64,000 bases of DNA from Salinispira sp. (lineage in GTDB: Bacteria; Spirochaetota; Spirochaetia; DSM-27196; Salinispiraceae), in assembly GCA_965602015.1 (NCBI GenBank), contig OZ271918.1, positions 1,952,001 through 2,016,000 on the forward strand, read 5' to 3'. The translations under genes and the position numbers were made by a program. Below, piece after piece: positions 28,349-40,090 of the stretch (position 1 is the stretch's first letter; the number at the start of each line of letters is the position of its first letter). The notes under the pieces are model-generated. The model was not told the DNA's origin, did no database searches, and saw nothing but the letters and a program-made list of their open reading frames with translations.

Positions 28349-30808
28349 ATGATTACAAAGACAAGTGCATCAGCGTGGCTTCTCCTGCTGCTCTCCTCCG
28401 CGTTGTTCGCCGTGGATGCGGTTCCGGGCAACTTCCTCCTGGTCAACCAGAGCCATCGCAGTCCGGTGACCGCTACTGCGATAAATTCAGAAACCGGACT
28501 TGCTTTTTCGGGAAGCAGCGACGGCGTATTAAAAGTTTGGGACATCGGTGCGGGAAAACTCCTGCAGCGCCTTCAGATTTCATCGGAGCCGATTATCATG
28601 ATCGCCCCTAGCCCCGCCGGCGATGAAGTGGCCATAGTGGAAGAGGGCTCGCAGGGGGAATACCGTCTTTCAGTGTGGGACTGGATAGAATCACGGCTGA
28701 GTTTTGCCCGAACCCTGGAAGACCTGCCGCTTTTCCTCGATTACAGCCCCCGGGGCGGTTTGCTCACCATGGCCCTGCCTCAATGGCGGTCGCTTCATTT
28801 CTTCGACAGCGCCCGGGCACGGGAACTCGACTATCTCGAGGACGGGTTCGGGATTGTTCACTTTGCCGCGGTTTCGAACAGCGAAGCGAGAATCATGACC
28901 TACAGCGCTACCAACGGCAGCATTCGCTATTTAGAGCTATCCAACGGCCAGCTCAATCACGAAACCCAAACTGTCAGAGATCTGGTGCACTTCACCCTGC
29001 TTCCGAATCGGCGGCATGCCCTGGGTCTTCGGGGCAGCACGCTGTTCCTGGTCGATGTACTCAACGGTTCGACCCTTGCCAGGGCCGAAGTCGGCGATGT
29101 GGAAGAAATCATTCCGGTAAACCCCGGGGCAAACCGGTACTTTCTGGCGGAAGAAAGCGGCGGCCGTCACCGCCTCTACCCTCTTGAAGTCCGGATCGGC
29201 GGTTCGTCTGCCGAGTTGAGCATAAGTCGCACCGACAGCATTGGCATGTCCGGAATAAACCGCTACTTCGCCAGCGGAAGTTCTTCCGGGGTGTTCTCCA
29301 ATAATAACGGAAACATCGGACTGATCGGCGATAACGGCGTCACGCTGATGGGACTCAACTCGGTCAGTCGGATTCAGTCGGTTGCAGGCCTTGGAGAGTA
29401 CCTCTATGTACAGAGCACCGACGGGATCAGCCGTTTTTCCGCCGATATACTCAGTCAGAGCGCCGGTAACGTGGACCGGATACAATCGAGTGATGAACCG
29501 ATTATCGAAAAACTTGATCTTCCCCTGGTAAGTCCAGGGGGCATGGCCCCGCTTAATAATGTGTCATTTCTCGCATGGGACCGGGAAAGTCTGGACGGAA
29601 TTATTGAATACAATAATTTTACCCGGGAGGTAACCCGGATACCTGTCGAACTCCGGGCTGCAGTGCGGAATATCCGGGTCGGCGAACGGTATATCATCGT
29701 CCTCGATACGGAAAACGGCCTGCATCTTCTGGACAGAAGCGATTACAGCCAGCGTTTTAGTTATCAGACCCTTGGACTCATCGATGCGGTTGAACTTGAC
29801 AACGGACTTATTCTCATCGGGAAAAACCAGTCGGGCTTTTTTAATTCGAGTCTTATTGAAGTTAATCCCCGCACCGGTGAGACCAGCATTGTTGAAAGCG
29901 ACGACACAGTAGTGTTCGAGTTTGCCGACGACCCGGGCGGCAGGGGCTTTTACAGCATCGGGATCAACAGCGATAACAACCGGTCATACACAGTGGTTCG
30001 GGAATTTTCCCAGGGCCGCCCCGACCAAAGCCGAACGCTGATGCGCTTCAACGGCGAGGACACCGATGCGGGTCTCGAGTTTAATACGATCAACAACACC
30101 CTGGTAACATCCGCCGGAAAGGAAAGCGTCAGCATCTACCAAAACCGGAGGCTGCGAACCACCGAGGGCAACAATAACCTGCCACGGCAGGTCTTCCTCT
30201 CGGGGGCTCACATCTTCGCAATCAATGCCGACGGCAGCCTCTCAGTGTGGGATAACCGGAGCCGCCGGCTCACACACCGCATCATCAGCCTGCCCAACGG
30301 CGACCTTGTGCTGATGAATGAACACGCCTCCTTCCTGGCATTGGAAAATCAGGCGGGATCGCCTGTTGTGGACTATCAACGGCTTATGGTTCCGGTAATG
30401 CGCTCATCAAGACCGACGATGAACAGGATACTTTTAGGCCCATCTCCCGGGGTTGAAGAGCAAAATGAGCAGACTACCCCCGCAGAACCGACATCCGATC
30501 AGCAAACCGAAGGTGATAGCGTTAATACCGACGGGGAGCGAGAGGACGCTGCCAACCAAAACACAAATAGCCAAAACACAAATAGCCAAAACACAAATAG
30601 CCAAAACACAAATAGCCAAAACACAAATAGACAAAACACAAACAGTCAAAACGATGATTCCGGAAATCCCGTTCCATCCGATGAACAGACAGCTGATCAG
30701 AATTCTGAGCAGACTGAAGGCTCCGAGCAGAACGACGATACTGATGCCGATAGTGACGGAGAAAATCCCCCTGGTTCGGCGGAAAATGAAGGGCAGGATG
30801 CGGACTGA
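28349..30808 (+). CDS. Secreted WD40/beta-propeller protein with a low-complexity acidic tail
   Basis: Signal peptide; SGSSDGVLKVWD, LSVWDW, DGSLSVWD; C-terminal (NTNSQ)n. Confidence 0.8.
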   Translation: MITKTSASAWLLLLLSSALFAVDAVPGNFLLVNQSHRSPVTATAINSETGLAFSGSSDGVLKVWDIGAGKLLQRLQISSEPIIMIAPSPAGDEVAIVEEGSQGEYRLSVWDWIESRLSFARTLEDLPLFLDYSPRGGLLTMALPQWRSLHFFDSARARELDYLEDGFGIVHFAAVSNSEARIMTYSATNGSIRYLELSNGQLNHETQTVRDLVHFTLLPNRRHALGLRGSTLFLVDVLNGSTLARAEVGDVEEIIPVNPGANRYFLAEESGGRHRLYPLEVRIGGSSAELSISRTDSIGMSGINRYFASGSSSGVFSNNNGNIGLIGDNGVTLMGLNSVSRIQSVAGLGEYLYVQSTDGISRFSADILSQSAGNVDRIQSSDEPIIEKLDLPLVSPGGMAPLNNVSFLAWDRESLDGIIEYNNFTREVTRIPVELRAAVRNIRVGERYIIVLDTENGLHLLDRSDYSQRFSYQTLGLIDAVELDNGLILIGKNQSGFFNSSLIEVNPRTGETSIVESDDTVVFEFADDPGGRGFYSIGINSDNNRSYTVVREFSQGRPDQSRTLMRFNGEDTDAGLEFNTINNTLVTSAGKESVSIYQNRRLRTTEGNNNLPRQVFLSGAHIFAINADGSLSVWDNRSRRLTHRIISLPNGDLVLMNEHASFLALENQAGSPVVDYQRLMVPVMRSSRPTMNRILLGPSPGVEEQNEQTTPAEPTSDQQTEGDSVNTDGEREDAANQNTNSQNTNSQNTNSQNTNSQNTNRQNTNSQNDDSGNPVPSDEQTADQNSEQTEGSEQNDDTDADSDGENPPGSAENEGQDAD
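30556..30652. repeat. 15-bp tandem repeat (5 perfect + 1 degenerate copy)
   Basis: ccaaaacacaaatag x5, then acaaaacacaaacag; encodes QNTNS. Confidence 0.95.
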
Positions 30809-30863
30809 TCTGACGGATAAAAACGCGAAGCTATGCTGCAGGTAGCAGTGATAGCGAGTTAAA

Positions 30864-30890
30864 GCGGCCGCAGCCCCGGCCGTTTTTTTT
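30864..30890 (+). terminator. Intrinsic terminator after the rpsB...WD40 operon
   Basis: gcggccg-cagccc-cggccgt followed by a T-run. Confidence 0.7.
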
Positions 30891-30918
30891 CGGCAGTTCG
30901 CAGGGCTATGCCAGTCCT

Positions 30919-31212
30919 TTAAGCAATTTCCGGCGGATTTTTTGAAATCTTTTTGATTGCCTTTGCAACGGCCTTCTCGATTTCCTTGTGATGCTCTTCC
31001 GACAGCGCCGGCTCATAGATTCGGCCCAAGAGGTTCGCCCGGTACATGGGCGTTACCAGATTCAGGGCGAAGGCAGCCATGTCGACCACCGAATCCTGAT
31101 CCCGCGGGACGGAAGCATCTGCCGAATCGAGCTGTAATTCCAACTCACGGAATACCAGTTCCTCAGCAGCGTTGTACAGATCTTCAAAATTATACTGTGC
31201 TTCCAGAGACAT
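30919..31212 (-). CDS. ComFB-family protein
   Basis: LYNAAEELV..DMAAFALNLVTPMY..AIKKISKNP matches the ComFB pattern (N..E..V..D..A.ALN..PP.Y..V..NP). Confidence 0.75.
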   Translation of the reverse strand: MSLEAQYNFEDLYNAAEELVFRELELQLDSADASVPRDQDSVVDMAAFALNLVTPMYRANLLGRIYEPALSEEHHKEIEKAVAKAIKKISKNPPEIA

Positions 31213-31229
31213 TTATCCCTCCCGTCGAA

Positions 31230-32573
31230 TTACATTCCGTGTCTGTCCAACGACACATATTCAGCATAACTCGGCAGGAAGTTAATATCAACCGTACCCA
31301 CCGGGCCGTTTCGGTTCTTGGCCAGGATAAGCTGAGTCTCAATGCCCTGCATGGCATCGGCCATTTCCTTGTCATGGCTGCGGTCTCTGTGAAGAAACAT
31401 TACCAGGTCGGCGTCCTGTTCTATGGCTCCGGACTCCCGAATGCTTGCCAAATGAGGCGCCTTTCCCTCGCTATCCCGGCTGACCTGACTGAGGGCGACC
31501 ACGGGTATTTCGAGCTCTCTGGCCAGGGCTTTCAGGCTCCGGCTGATTTCCGCAACCTGCAAGTGTCTGTCCATCATGTTGTTTTCCGGGGTGATGATCG
31601 AGATGTAATCGATAAAAATGATTTTTACATCATGCTGGGCCTTCATCCGGCGGGCCTGGGCCTTGAGATCCAGCAATCTCATATTCGGGGTGTCGGAAAT
31701 GTAAAACGGCGCATCGTATATTTCGCTGGCCACATCCATGATGGAGTGAAAATCCGAAGCCTTGAGTAATCCCTTGCGAAGATTTCCCCCGCTGATATGG
31801 GTTTCCATTGAAATTAATCGCTGCATGAGCTGCATATCCGCCATTTCAAGACTGAAAAAACCCGTGGGAATTTTGTGGCGAAGGCAGATGTTCCGCGTCA
31901 TGGTGAGAGCCAGGGCAGTCTTACCAATGGACGGCCGGGCACCGAGGATAATAAACTCGGAGTTTTGGAGTCCGTCGGTCATGTCGTCGAGCACCGGGAA
32001 GCCGGTTGCTATACCGGTGTAGTTTCCCTGATTTTTGTAATAGCTCTCAATGGTGGTAACTGCCAGGTTAACGATATCCCGGGCTTTTTTAAAACCCTCG
32101 GAAACCTGACCGTCTGTAATGTCGAATATTTTTCGTTCGGCATCGTCGATTACATGGCTAATTTCCATGCTCTCGTCGAAGGCTTCGCTGCTGATTTCCG
32201 CAGAGATGCGAAGAAGAGTTCTCCTCAGGCTATTGTCGCGGACAATGGCTGCATAATATTGAACGTTAGCGCTGGTGGGAACAATGGATGTCAGCTCAGA
32301 GATATACGAGGCCCCGCCCACCTGATCAAGTATTTTTTGCGCCGACAATTCATCGGTCAGGGTTATGAGGTCGATCGCTTCATTTTTTGCAGACAGGTCT
32401 TTTATTGCGGAAAAGATTCGCTGGTGGGCATTTCGATAGAAATCTTCCGGCCGTAACTGGAGCAAAACCCGGTCCATGGTATTTTCCGGATCGAGGAGAA
32501 TGGCCCCGAGACAGGCTTGTTCGGCTTCCAGATTGTGAGGAGGAACCCTTCCCCCCCCGTGAACGTCATTCAC
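31230..32573 (-). CDS. dnaB: Replicative DNA helicase DnaB
   Basis: PPHNLEAEQA, GARPSIGKT, FSLEM, IDY, LSQVSR, RESGAIEQDAD, KNRNGP. Confidence 0.98.
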   Translation of the reverse strand: MNDVHGGGRVPPHNLEAEQACLGAILLDPENTMDRVLLQLRPEDFYRNAHQRIFSAIKDLSAKNEAIDLITLTDELSAQKILDQVGGASYISELTSIVPTSANVQYYAAIVRDNSLRRTLLRISAEISSEAFDESMEISHVIDDAERKIFDITDGQVSEGFKKARDIVNLAVTTIESYYKNQGNYTGIATGFPVLDDMTDGLQNSEFIILGARPSIGKTALALTMTRNICLRHKIPTGFFSLEMADMQLMQRLISMETHISGGNLRKGLLKASDFHSIMDVASEIYDAPFYISDTPNMRLLDLKAQARRMKAQHDVKIIFIDYISIITPENNMMDRHLQVAEISRSLKALARELEIPVVALSQVSRDSEGKAPHLASIRESGAIEQDADLVMFLHRDRSHDKEMADAMQGIETQLILAKNRNGPVGTVDINFLPSYAEYVSLDRHGM

Positions 32574-32616
32574 CCTGTTTACCTCAGAAATAGTGGTTTT
32601 CCGGATAGGCCCGGAG

Positions 32617-32650
32617 AAAAAAAATGCACATCCGCTTGTGCGGATGTGCA
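32617..32650 (-). terminator. Intrinsic terminator after rplI
   Basis: 11-bp stem tgcacatccgc/gcggatgtgca plus T8 on the minus strand. Confidence 0.8.
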
Positions 32651-32670
32651 GTATAGCATGTCAGCTGCGT

Positions 32671-33291
32671 CTATTCTGCAGAAACGGCTTCATCATCCGT
32701 AGAAGGGGCTTCTGCCGCGGGGGCAGCAGGCTCTTCAGTATCGGCTTCTTCGGCAGGAGCCTGTTCTGCTACGGCGGCAGGTGCTTCGGCGGGTTTGGCC
32801 GCGCTTTTAGAAGCCGCCTGCTCTTTGCCGGTTCCCGCGGATGCTCCCTCGGGCTTAACTTCAATCGGCAGCTCGGCTTCCTCTTCACCGTACAGACGAA
32901 CGCGGATCTTGTAGTTGCCGACCGCTTTGATGGTGTGGCCGGGAATGTCGATTTTCTTTCTTTCGACTTCCATACCCTGCTCGCTGAGGGCATCGACGAT
33001 CATCTGAGCAGTTACCGCTCCAAAGAGCTTGCCGTTGTCGCCGGCGGGCATTGCAAACTCAACTCTGCCGGTTTTAATCTTCTCTTTGAGCGAAAGGGCA
33101 TGCTGCCTCTTTTCCTCACGGCGCTTTTCGATGGCTTTTTTCTTACCGTCGAGAATTGAAAGATTGGTCTTGTTGTACATTGACACAAGACCCTTGGGAA
33201 GGAGGTAATTACGGGCATAGCCCGGGGATACGTTCAGGATATCCCCTTCCTCGCCAAGGTTGGGAATGTCGGTGTTCAAAATAACCTTCAT
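32671..33291 (-). CDS. rplI: 50S ribosomal protein L9 with Ala/Glu/Pro-rich tail
   Basis: MKVIL..LG..G..V..GYARNYLLPKG, GKLFGAVT. Confidence 0.97.
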   Translation of the reverse strand: MKVILNTDIPNLGEEGDILNVSPGYARNYLLPKGLVSMYNKTNLSILDGKKKAIEKRREEKRQHALSLKEKIKTGRVEFAMPAGDNGKLFGAVTAQMIVDALSEQGMEVERKKIDIPGHTIKAVGNYKIRVRLYGEEEAELPIEVKPEGASAGTGKEQAASKSAAKPAEAPAAVAEQAPAEEADTEEPAAPAAEAPSTDDEAVSAE

Positions 33292-33371
33292 TCATGTCAC
33301 CTCTTTAGTGTATTCTTCTTGGACTTCGGCATATGCCGTTGCCCACTTCGAAGACCCTTATAGCCGACGGC

Positions 33372-34373
33372 TCAGGAATCTTCCGCCGAAGCGGTACCGC
33401 CGCCCGTAGGCGCTGCACCGCTTCCATCCGAATATCTAATCCATACGGACGAAATACCCAGTAATGTCAACGCGATCGCCAGGATGAAATTCACCCCGGG
33501 CGCGATTACGCTCAAAATAAGTACTCCCGGCAATACTGCCCGGATCAGGGGTTTTTGAATGGCAAAGCCTGCCACTATACCCAAACCCCTAATGAGGTAC
33601 AGCAGGGCTGCTAACAGAAACCCGTTCCAGAACAGGTATGCGGGAATCATCCAGCCCATACGCTCGGAAACCATGAGTCCCGCCGCCGGGAGGATAAAGC
33701 CCCAGATCATTTCCGCCGGCAAGCGGTACCTGCTCAGCGGGTAAAAAAGCGAAGCCGTACCTCCGGCCAGAGACCTGCCTAACGCATAGGCTAGTAGCAG
33801 GACCAGCCCGGAACTGAATACCAGGGACCGGTAGAGAATAGCCTGGGTCAGGGCGATCGCCTCGGCTGCGCTGAGCCCCGGAAGCAGGCTTTCGAGTACT
33901 CTGGCGAAATCGGGGTTTTCCCGCATTATGTCGGAGAACTGATCCCACACACCCTGATTCTCCAGGGAAATAACCGCAAGCAATGTAGCCCCGGCGGAAA
34001 TTGTCGCAGCGGCAAGAATCCGAACCCACGGAAGAATCCGAGCTCGCGGAACGACGGCATTCCAGTTAAGGGCGTACAAGCCCGCTAACAGTCCGAGGGC
34101 TGACAGGTAAATCAACACTTCCGTGGATTCCGGTCCGCGTAGAAGCCAGATTAGCCCGCCCAGCCCAAGGGAGGCGGCGGTGGCGTAGACAAAGGTCTTT
34201 CGCCCCCGGCGCGCCATTGCGAACTGCAGGGGAATCAGGTACAGCATGTTTACCACACCGATACCCAACAGGAAACCGCTGAACCCCGCACTAAATATGA
34301 GGGTCCGCAGACATCCGGGGCAGAGCCCGGAGTTTTTTTCCTCCCCGAGTGTCTTATTCAAAGCGCGGATCAA
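33372..34373 (-). CDS. DUF2232 (YybS-like) membrane protein
   Basis: Multi-TM protein with [11 protein letters not shown] and YLIRGLGIV, located between rpsR and rplI. Start uncertain. Confidence 0.75.
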   Translation of the reverse strand: MIRALNKTLGEEKNSGLCPGCLRTLIFSAGFSGFLLGIGVVNMLYLIPLQFAMARRGRKTFVYATAASLGLGGLIWLLRGPESTEVLIYLSALGLLAGLYALNWNAVVPRARILPWVRILAAATISAGATLLAVISLENQGVWDQFSDIMRENPDFARVLESLLPGLSAAEAIALTQAILYRSLVFSSGLVLLLAYALGRSLAGGTASLFYPLSRYRLPAEMIWGFILPAAGLMVSERMGWMIPAYLFWNGFLLAALLYLIRGLGIVAGFAIQKPLIRAVLPGVLILSVIAPGVNFILAIALTLLGISSVWIRYSDGSGAAPTGGGTASAEDS

Positions 34374-34648
34374 CCCATGGGAAGAAGGGCCAGGTAACGG
34401 GCCTTTTTTATTTCCCGTACCAATCGGCGCTGGTTTTTCGCGCTGGTGCCGGTAATCCGCCGAGGCAGGATTTTCCCCTTCTCGGTGACAAAGCGGCGCA
34501 GCACCTCGGGATGCTTGTAATCAATGGTCAGATTCTGGGTTGCAATCTTATCGACCTTCTTCTTGAAGAAGGGTTTTCCTCCCCTTCTGGGGGGGCGGCG
34601 ATCGCCGCGGTCATCGCTATTTCTGTCGTTCTGATTATTATCGCTCAT
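34370..34648 (-). CDS. rpsR: 30S ribosomal protein S18 (Cys-free type)
   Basis: [37 protein letters not shown]. Confidence 0.97.
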   Translation of the reverse strand: MSDNNQNDRNSDDRGDRRPPRRGGKPFFKKKVDKIATQNLTIDYKHPEVLRRFVTEKGKILPRRITGTSAKNQRRLVREIKKARYLALLPMG

Positions 34649-34686
34649 TGTTTTCCTCCAAAAGCGCTAGTGGGTCGCCGGCAGGC

Positions 34687-35148
34687 CTAAAACGGGATAT
34701 CGTCGTCGAATCCGTCGTCTGCGGGCATTGATCCCTGATCCTGGTAACCGCCCCCGCCATAGCCCGATGAGCCGGCAGAATTAGCCGGTCCCTGCTGTGA
34801 CCCGCCGCCGGAACCCCGGCCGCCGAGAAGCTGGATGTCGTTAACCAATATTTCAACCCGGCTTCGATTTTGCCCGGTTTGCTTATCCTGCCAGCGGCTT
34901 TGCTGCAGGGTTCCGATGATGCCCACCTGCTGACCTTTGGTGAGGTAACGCTGCAGGGCATCGGCCCGGCGACCCAGCATGACCGCATCAAAATAATGGC
35001 TTTCTTCGACCCACTGCTCCCCCTGCTTTCTGCTCTGAGTGGTACCCAGGGAAAGCCGGGCAATTGCGGTTCCCGAAGTGCTGTACTTGAGTTCCACATC
35101 GCGGGTGAGCCGTCCGACAATGGTTACTGAATTGAGATCTGTGGCCAT
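34687..35148 (-). CDS. ssb: Single-stranded DNA-binding protein
   Basis: LNSVTIVGRLTRD and C-terminal DDDIPF. Confidence 0.97.
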   Translation of the reverse strand: MATDLNSVTIVGRLTRDVELKYSTSGTAIARLSLGTTQSRKQGEQWVEESHYFDAVMLGRRADALQRYLTKGQQVGIIGTLQQSRWQDKQTGQNRSRVEILVNDIQLLGGRGSGGGSQQGPANSAGSSGYGGGGYQDQGSMPADDGFDDDIPF

Positions 35149-35160
35149 AGACCCTCCGGT

Positions 35161-35442
35161 TTAGTCGTCGTGCCGGGTTACGAGAATTCTCATCAGGTCG
35201 GTGAAATATTTCACCCTGTCTTCGATCTGATGGGCGGATGCGGGTTCCATGTTGAATTCGAACACAACATAGTGACCCTGAAGTTCGTTCTCAATCTGGT
35301 AGGCGAGGGTGCGGACTCCCATGTCATTATCTTTCAGGGAATCGGCACCGAGATCGTTGAGCACCTTCTGTACTTCTTCCTTGGCGGGTCGGAATTTATC
35401 TTCCTCCGCGCGGAAAATACAGGCTGCTTCGTACTTGCGCAT
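35161..35442 (-). CDS. rpsF: 30S ribosomal protein S6
   Basis: MRKYEAACIF..MGVRTLAYQI..GHYV, with GAGGAGG RBS. Confidence 0.95.
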   Translation of the reverse strand: MRKYEAACIFRAEEDKFRPAKEEVQKVLNDLGADSLKDNDMGVRTLAYQIENELQGHYVVFEFNMEPASAHQIEDRVKYFTDLMRILVTRHDD

Positions 35443-35652
35443 GGTTCCTCCTCGTGGACCAATCATCAGCAGCGCTCCCCTATGAAGCGCAACTGGTGAC
35501 ATCGACCATTCCTCGGACCGGAGGGCTGCCGCCGGAGGCGGTCGAGCCGGAATGGTAAAGAGGCAGAGAGACATTGCCGCTCTGTTCTTTTTTTATGATG
35601 TCAGGTATTATCGCATTATCCTGTCGGGAGTTAACTCCCTTCGGGAAGCGAT

Positions 35653-35681
35653 AAACTACCACAGAGCACCGGCACTGTCAA
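35653..35681 (-). promoter_or_regulatory. Sigma-70 promoter for the rpsF operon
   Basis: TTGACA-N17-TAGTTT with a TG extension, implying a ~200-nt leader. Confidence 0.6.
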
Positions 35682-35724
35682 GATTTGCCGCCGTAGGCCG
35701 ATGCTGTGTAGCGAGAGGTTTGGC

Positions 35725-36180
35725 GTGAGTTCCCAGTTTCATTACGATTCAGATATATTCTATCTTTCCCAGATTATCAGGGTTATCCGGCGGGGAGTCA
35801 GCATTCCTATCGACCAGGAATTTTTCCTCGACAAAATAATCGAAGATATCATGTTCGTGGACGGCGTGTTAAAGAGCCTGTATGCCCGATTGAACCAAAA
35901 TGACCTCCTGGTTAACCGGCAGCAGTATCTTCGGGATACCTATCTGGCCAAACGCGATCTGGTTTTACTCCTTGAGGATCTCATAGGAGGCAGCCTGGAG
36001 TTTTCCTCAGAGATCAAGCAATACCACAGCCGATTAAAACAGATTATCCGCAGTCAGAAAGAAGACATGATGGTTATTGATGACAGTCTCAACAGCGACA
36101 GCCGCCATGAAGAAGAAAAAACCATTGTCAGCCAGGAGGAGTTTTCAATCCTGTTGGACAGCGATAATACAGACGATTAA
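35725..36180 (+). CDS. Hypothetical helical protein
   Basis: Open frame with GTG after a GAGG-like RBS; acidic, amphipathic helices; no recognised motif. Confidence 0.7.
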   Translation: MSSQFHYDSDIFYLSQIIRVIRRGVSIPIDQEFFLDKIIEDIMFVDGVLKSLYARLNQNDLLVNRQQYLRDTYLAKRDLVLLLEDLIGGSLEFSSEIKQYHSRLKQIIRSQKEDMMVIDDSLNSDSRHEEEKTIVSQEEFSILLDSDNTDD

Positions 36181-36216
36181 TCCCTTAAACTGACATACAT
36201 ACGCGGAAGTACCTGC

Positions 36217-36245
36217 TTGCCCCAATTCATACGTTAATGTAGTAT
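36217..36245 (+). promoter_or_regulatory. Sigma-70 promoter of the nifA-like gene with an overlapping TACG-N4-TGTA site
   Basis: TTGCCC-N17-TAGTAT; atacgttaatgtagtat at 36229-36245. Confidence 0.5.
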
Positions 36246-36262
36246 GTTGGCGAGGTGGTACG

Positions 36263-37816
<1,554 letters not shown>

Positions 37817-37931
37817 TATCGGTTTCGAAGCATCAGCTCCGAGAGTCCAACACCCTGGCTTTCTTTTCTAAAGTCTGTACGCCAATTTCGCCGTACAACT
37901 CCGACATTTCCGGCACAGAAGCAAAATATTA

Positions 37932-37974
37932 ATACATTTATGTAGTATTTCATTTTAATAATTACATTTCTGTA
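37932..37974. promoter_or_regulatory. Candidate upstream activator sites (2 x TACA-N4-TGTA)
   Basis: TACATTTATGTA at 37933-37944 and TACATTTCTGTA at 37963-37974, 30 bp apart and 120-160 bp upstream of the sigma-54 promoter. Confidence 0.55.
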
Positions 37975-38093
37975 TTTTTTTATTGCGATATATACAAACA
38001 CGTTGCTTCTGAGCAAAATTATTTGCAGGTATAAATCTCCATGGCATAGTGATTTACATTTTTATACATAATTCTTTTGATATTTATGCATTA

Positions 38094-38110
38094 TTGGCAC
38101 GAAATCTGCA
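38094..38110 (+). promoter_or_regulatory. Sigma-54 (-24/-12) promoter of amtB-glnK
   Basis: TTGGCACGAAATCTGCA closely matches the YTGGCACG-N4-TTGCW consensus. Confidence 0.85.
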
Positions 38111-38214
38111 CTACACAGATGACGTGAAAAATAGGCCTGGGAAAACGGTTCCCATGACGGTAGGCTCCGCACAGCAGCAAACCGTCGGGCTGTGAAACAA
38201 TTGTAGGAGGACGT

Positions 38215-39585
38215 ATGAAGGGGAAATTCCGCATTTCGGCGATACTCATTGTAGTAGCCCTTCTTCTCAGCACCGGTGTGCTTTTTGCACAGGATTCGGT
38301 TTCCGCTGACGCGGTGGCAGCCGCGGTGGACATGATCTGGCTGACTCTGGCGGCCGCTCTGGTATTCTTTATGCAGGCGGGCTTTGCCATGGTTGAGATC
38401 GGTCTCACCCAAGCGAAAAACGCCGGTAACATCATCATGAAAAACCTGATGGACTTTTCCGTCGGGGCGCTTGCATATTGGGCCATCGGTTGGGCTTTTA
38501 TGTACGGCGACAGCATCGGAGGATTCATCGGCGGAAGCGCCTTTTTCCTGAATTACGATGCGGCAGGTTTGTCGAGCTACGGTGTAGGCACTATGCAGGA
38601 AATCTACCGTGACTGGATTTTCCAGGTAGTTTTCGCCGCAACCGCAGCGACCATCGTTTCGGGAGCCATGGCGGAACGGACAAAATTCACCGCATACCTG
38701 GTGTATTCCGTATTTATTTCGGCGCTCATCTATCCCATCGCCGGTCACTGGCACTGGGGCGGCGGCTGGTTGGCTGAAATGGGATTCCATGATTTCGCCG
38801 GTTCGACCCTGGTTCACTCAGTCGGCGGTTGGGCAGCCCTTGCAGGCGCGGTGGTACTCGGCGCCCGGAGTGGCAAGTACACCAAGGTCGGCAACAAAGT
38901 GGTATCAAAGGCGATTCCCGGTCACAGTCTGCCTCTGGCAGCCCTGGGTGTGTTCATCCTGTGGTTCGGCTGGTTCGGTTTCAACGCCGGTTCTACACTC
39001 AGCGGTAATGATGCGACCATCGGTCATATCGCCGTAACCACTACCCTTGCGGCCAGCGCCGGTGCGATTGCAGCCATGATCGTTTCATGGGTATGGTTCG
39101 GAAAGCCCGATCCTTCCATGAGCCTCAACGGCGCTCTTGCAGGTCTGGTCGGTATCACTGCCGGTACATGGGTTGTGGGTCCTGGAGCATCGATTATCAT
39201 CGGTCTTATCGCCGGTATCCTGGTAGTACTTTCCGTCGAGTTCTTCGACAAGGTGCTGCACATTGACGATCCTGTCGGTGCAATCTCTGTACACGGCGTC
39301 AACGGTGCCTGGGGTACCCTGGCAGTCGGGCTCTTCGCAGACGGTGTGAATGACTCGTCGGTAGTAGGGCTGTTCTACGGCGGCGGTCTTCAGCAGCTTG
39401 GCGTACAGGCGATTGGCGTCCTGGCTTACCTTGCATGGACTCTGGGTACCGGATTTATCCTGTTCTTCATCATCAAAGCCACCATGGGTCTTCGGGTCGA
39501 TGAAAAGGATGAGCGCACAGGTCTGGACATCAGTGAGCACGCTACTGATTCGTACGCCGGATTCCAGATTTTCTCAAATCTGTAA
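38215..39585 (+). CDS. amtB: Ammonium transporter
   Basis: [50 protein letters not shown]. Confidence 0.97.
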   Translation: MKGKFRISAILIVVALLLSTGVLFAQDSVSADAVAAAVDMIWLTLAAALVFFMQAGFAMVEIGLTQAKNAGNIIMKNLMDFSVGALAYWAIGWAFMYGDSIGGFIGGSAFFLNYDAAGLSSYGVGTMQEIYRDWIFQVVFAATAATIVSGAMAERTKFTAYLVYSVFISALIYPIAGHWHWGGGWLAEMGFHDFAGSTLVHSVGGWAALAGAVVLGARSGKYTKVGNKVVSKAIPGHSLPLAALGVFILWFGWFGFNAGSTLSGNDATIGHIAVTTTLAASAGAIAAMIVSWVWFGKPDPSMSLNGALAGLVGITAGTWVVGPGASIIIGLIAGILVVLSVEFFDKVLHIDDPVGAISVHGVNGAWGTLAVGLFADGVNDSSVVGLFYGGGLQQLGVQAIGVLAYLAWTLGTGFILFFIIKATMGLRVDEKDERTGLDISEHATDSYAGFQIFSNL

Positions 39586-39621
39586 GCCACCGGTCAGCTG
39601 AGGTAAAGAGGAGCATAAGGA

Positions 39622-39963
39622 ATGAAATTAGTTACGGCATACATCCAGCCCCATAAGCTTCACGAAGTGAAGGACGAGCTGTACAAGGCTGAGATTTTTA
39701 AGATGAGCGTTTCAAACGTTCTGGGAGCCGGTCAGCAGAAAGGCTACACCGAGACCTACCGCGGTATCGCATACGAGGTAAATCTGCTGAAAAAAGTGAA
39801 AATTGAAATCGCCGTGAACGACGATTTCGTCCAGCCCACGGTCGATGCAATCGTGAAAGGCGCGAGAACCGGGGAAATCGGAGACGGCAAGATTCTGGTC
39901 TCTTCCCTGGATGAAGTTATCCGCATTAGGAGCGGAGAAAAAGGAGAGGTCGCTATCGGATAA
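39622..39963 (+). CDS. glnK: P-II nitrogen regulatory protein (GlnK/GlnB)
   Basis: [28 protein letters not shown]; linked to amtB. Confidence 0.93.
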   Translation: MKLVTAYIQPHKLHEVKDELYKAEIFKMSVSNVLGAGQQKGYTETYRGIAYEVNLLKKVKIEIAVNDDFVQPTVDAIVKGARTGEIGDGKILVSSLDEVIRIRSGEKGEVAIG

Positions 39964-39994
39964 ATCCGTCGCGACAAGGATGAACCCATCCATT

Positions 39995-40025
39995 GGCAGT
40001 CCGGCTGAGCCGGACTGCCTTTTTT
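39995..40025 (+). terminator. Intrinsic terminator after glnK
   Basis: ggcagtccggc-tga-gccggactgcc followed by T6. Confidence 0.9.
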
Positions 40026-40090
40026 ATGCCGAGAGCGAAAATGCCTTAGTATGTCCGCCGGATCTGCCGATGGTAAAAAAGGAGGAAGAA

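Noticed and set aside
30556..30652. Repeat arrays (also 14848-14914 and 61459-61523) as CRISPR
   Set aside because: Head-to-tail in-frame coding repeats with no spacers, and no cas genes in the window.
30957..31769. 270-aa plus-strand ORF
   Set aside because: Antisense to dnaB and comFB.
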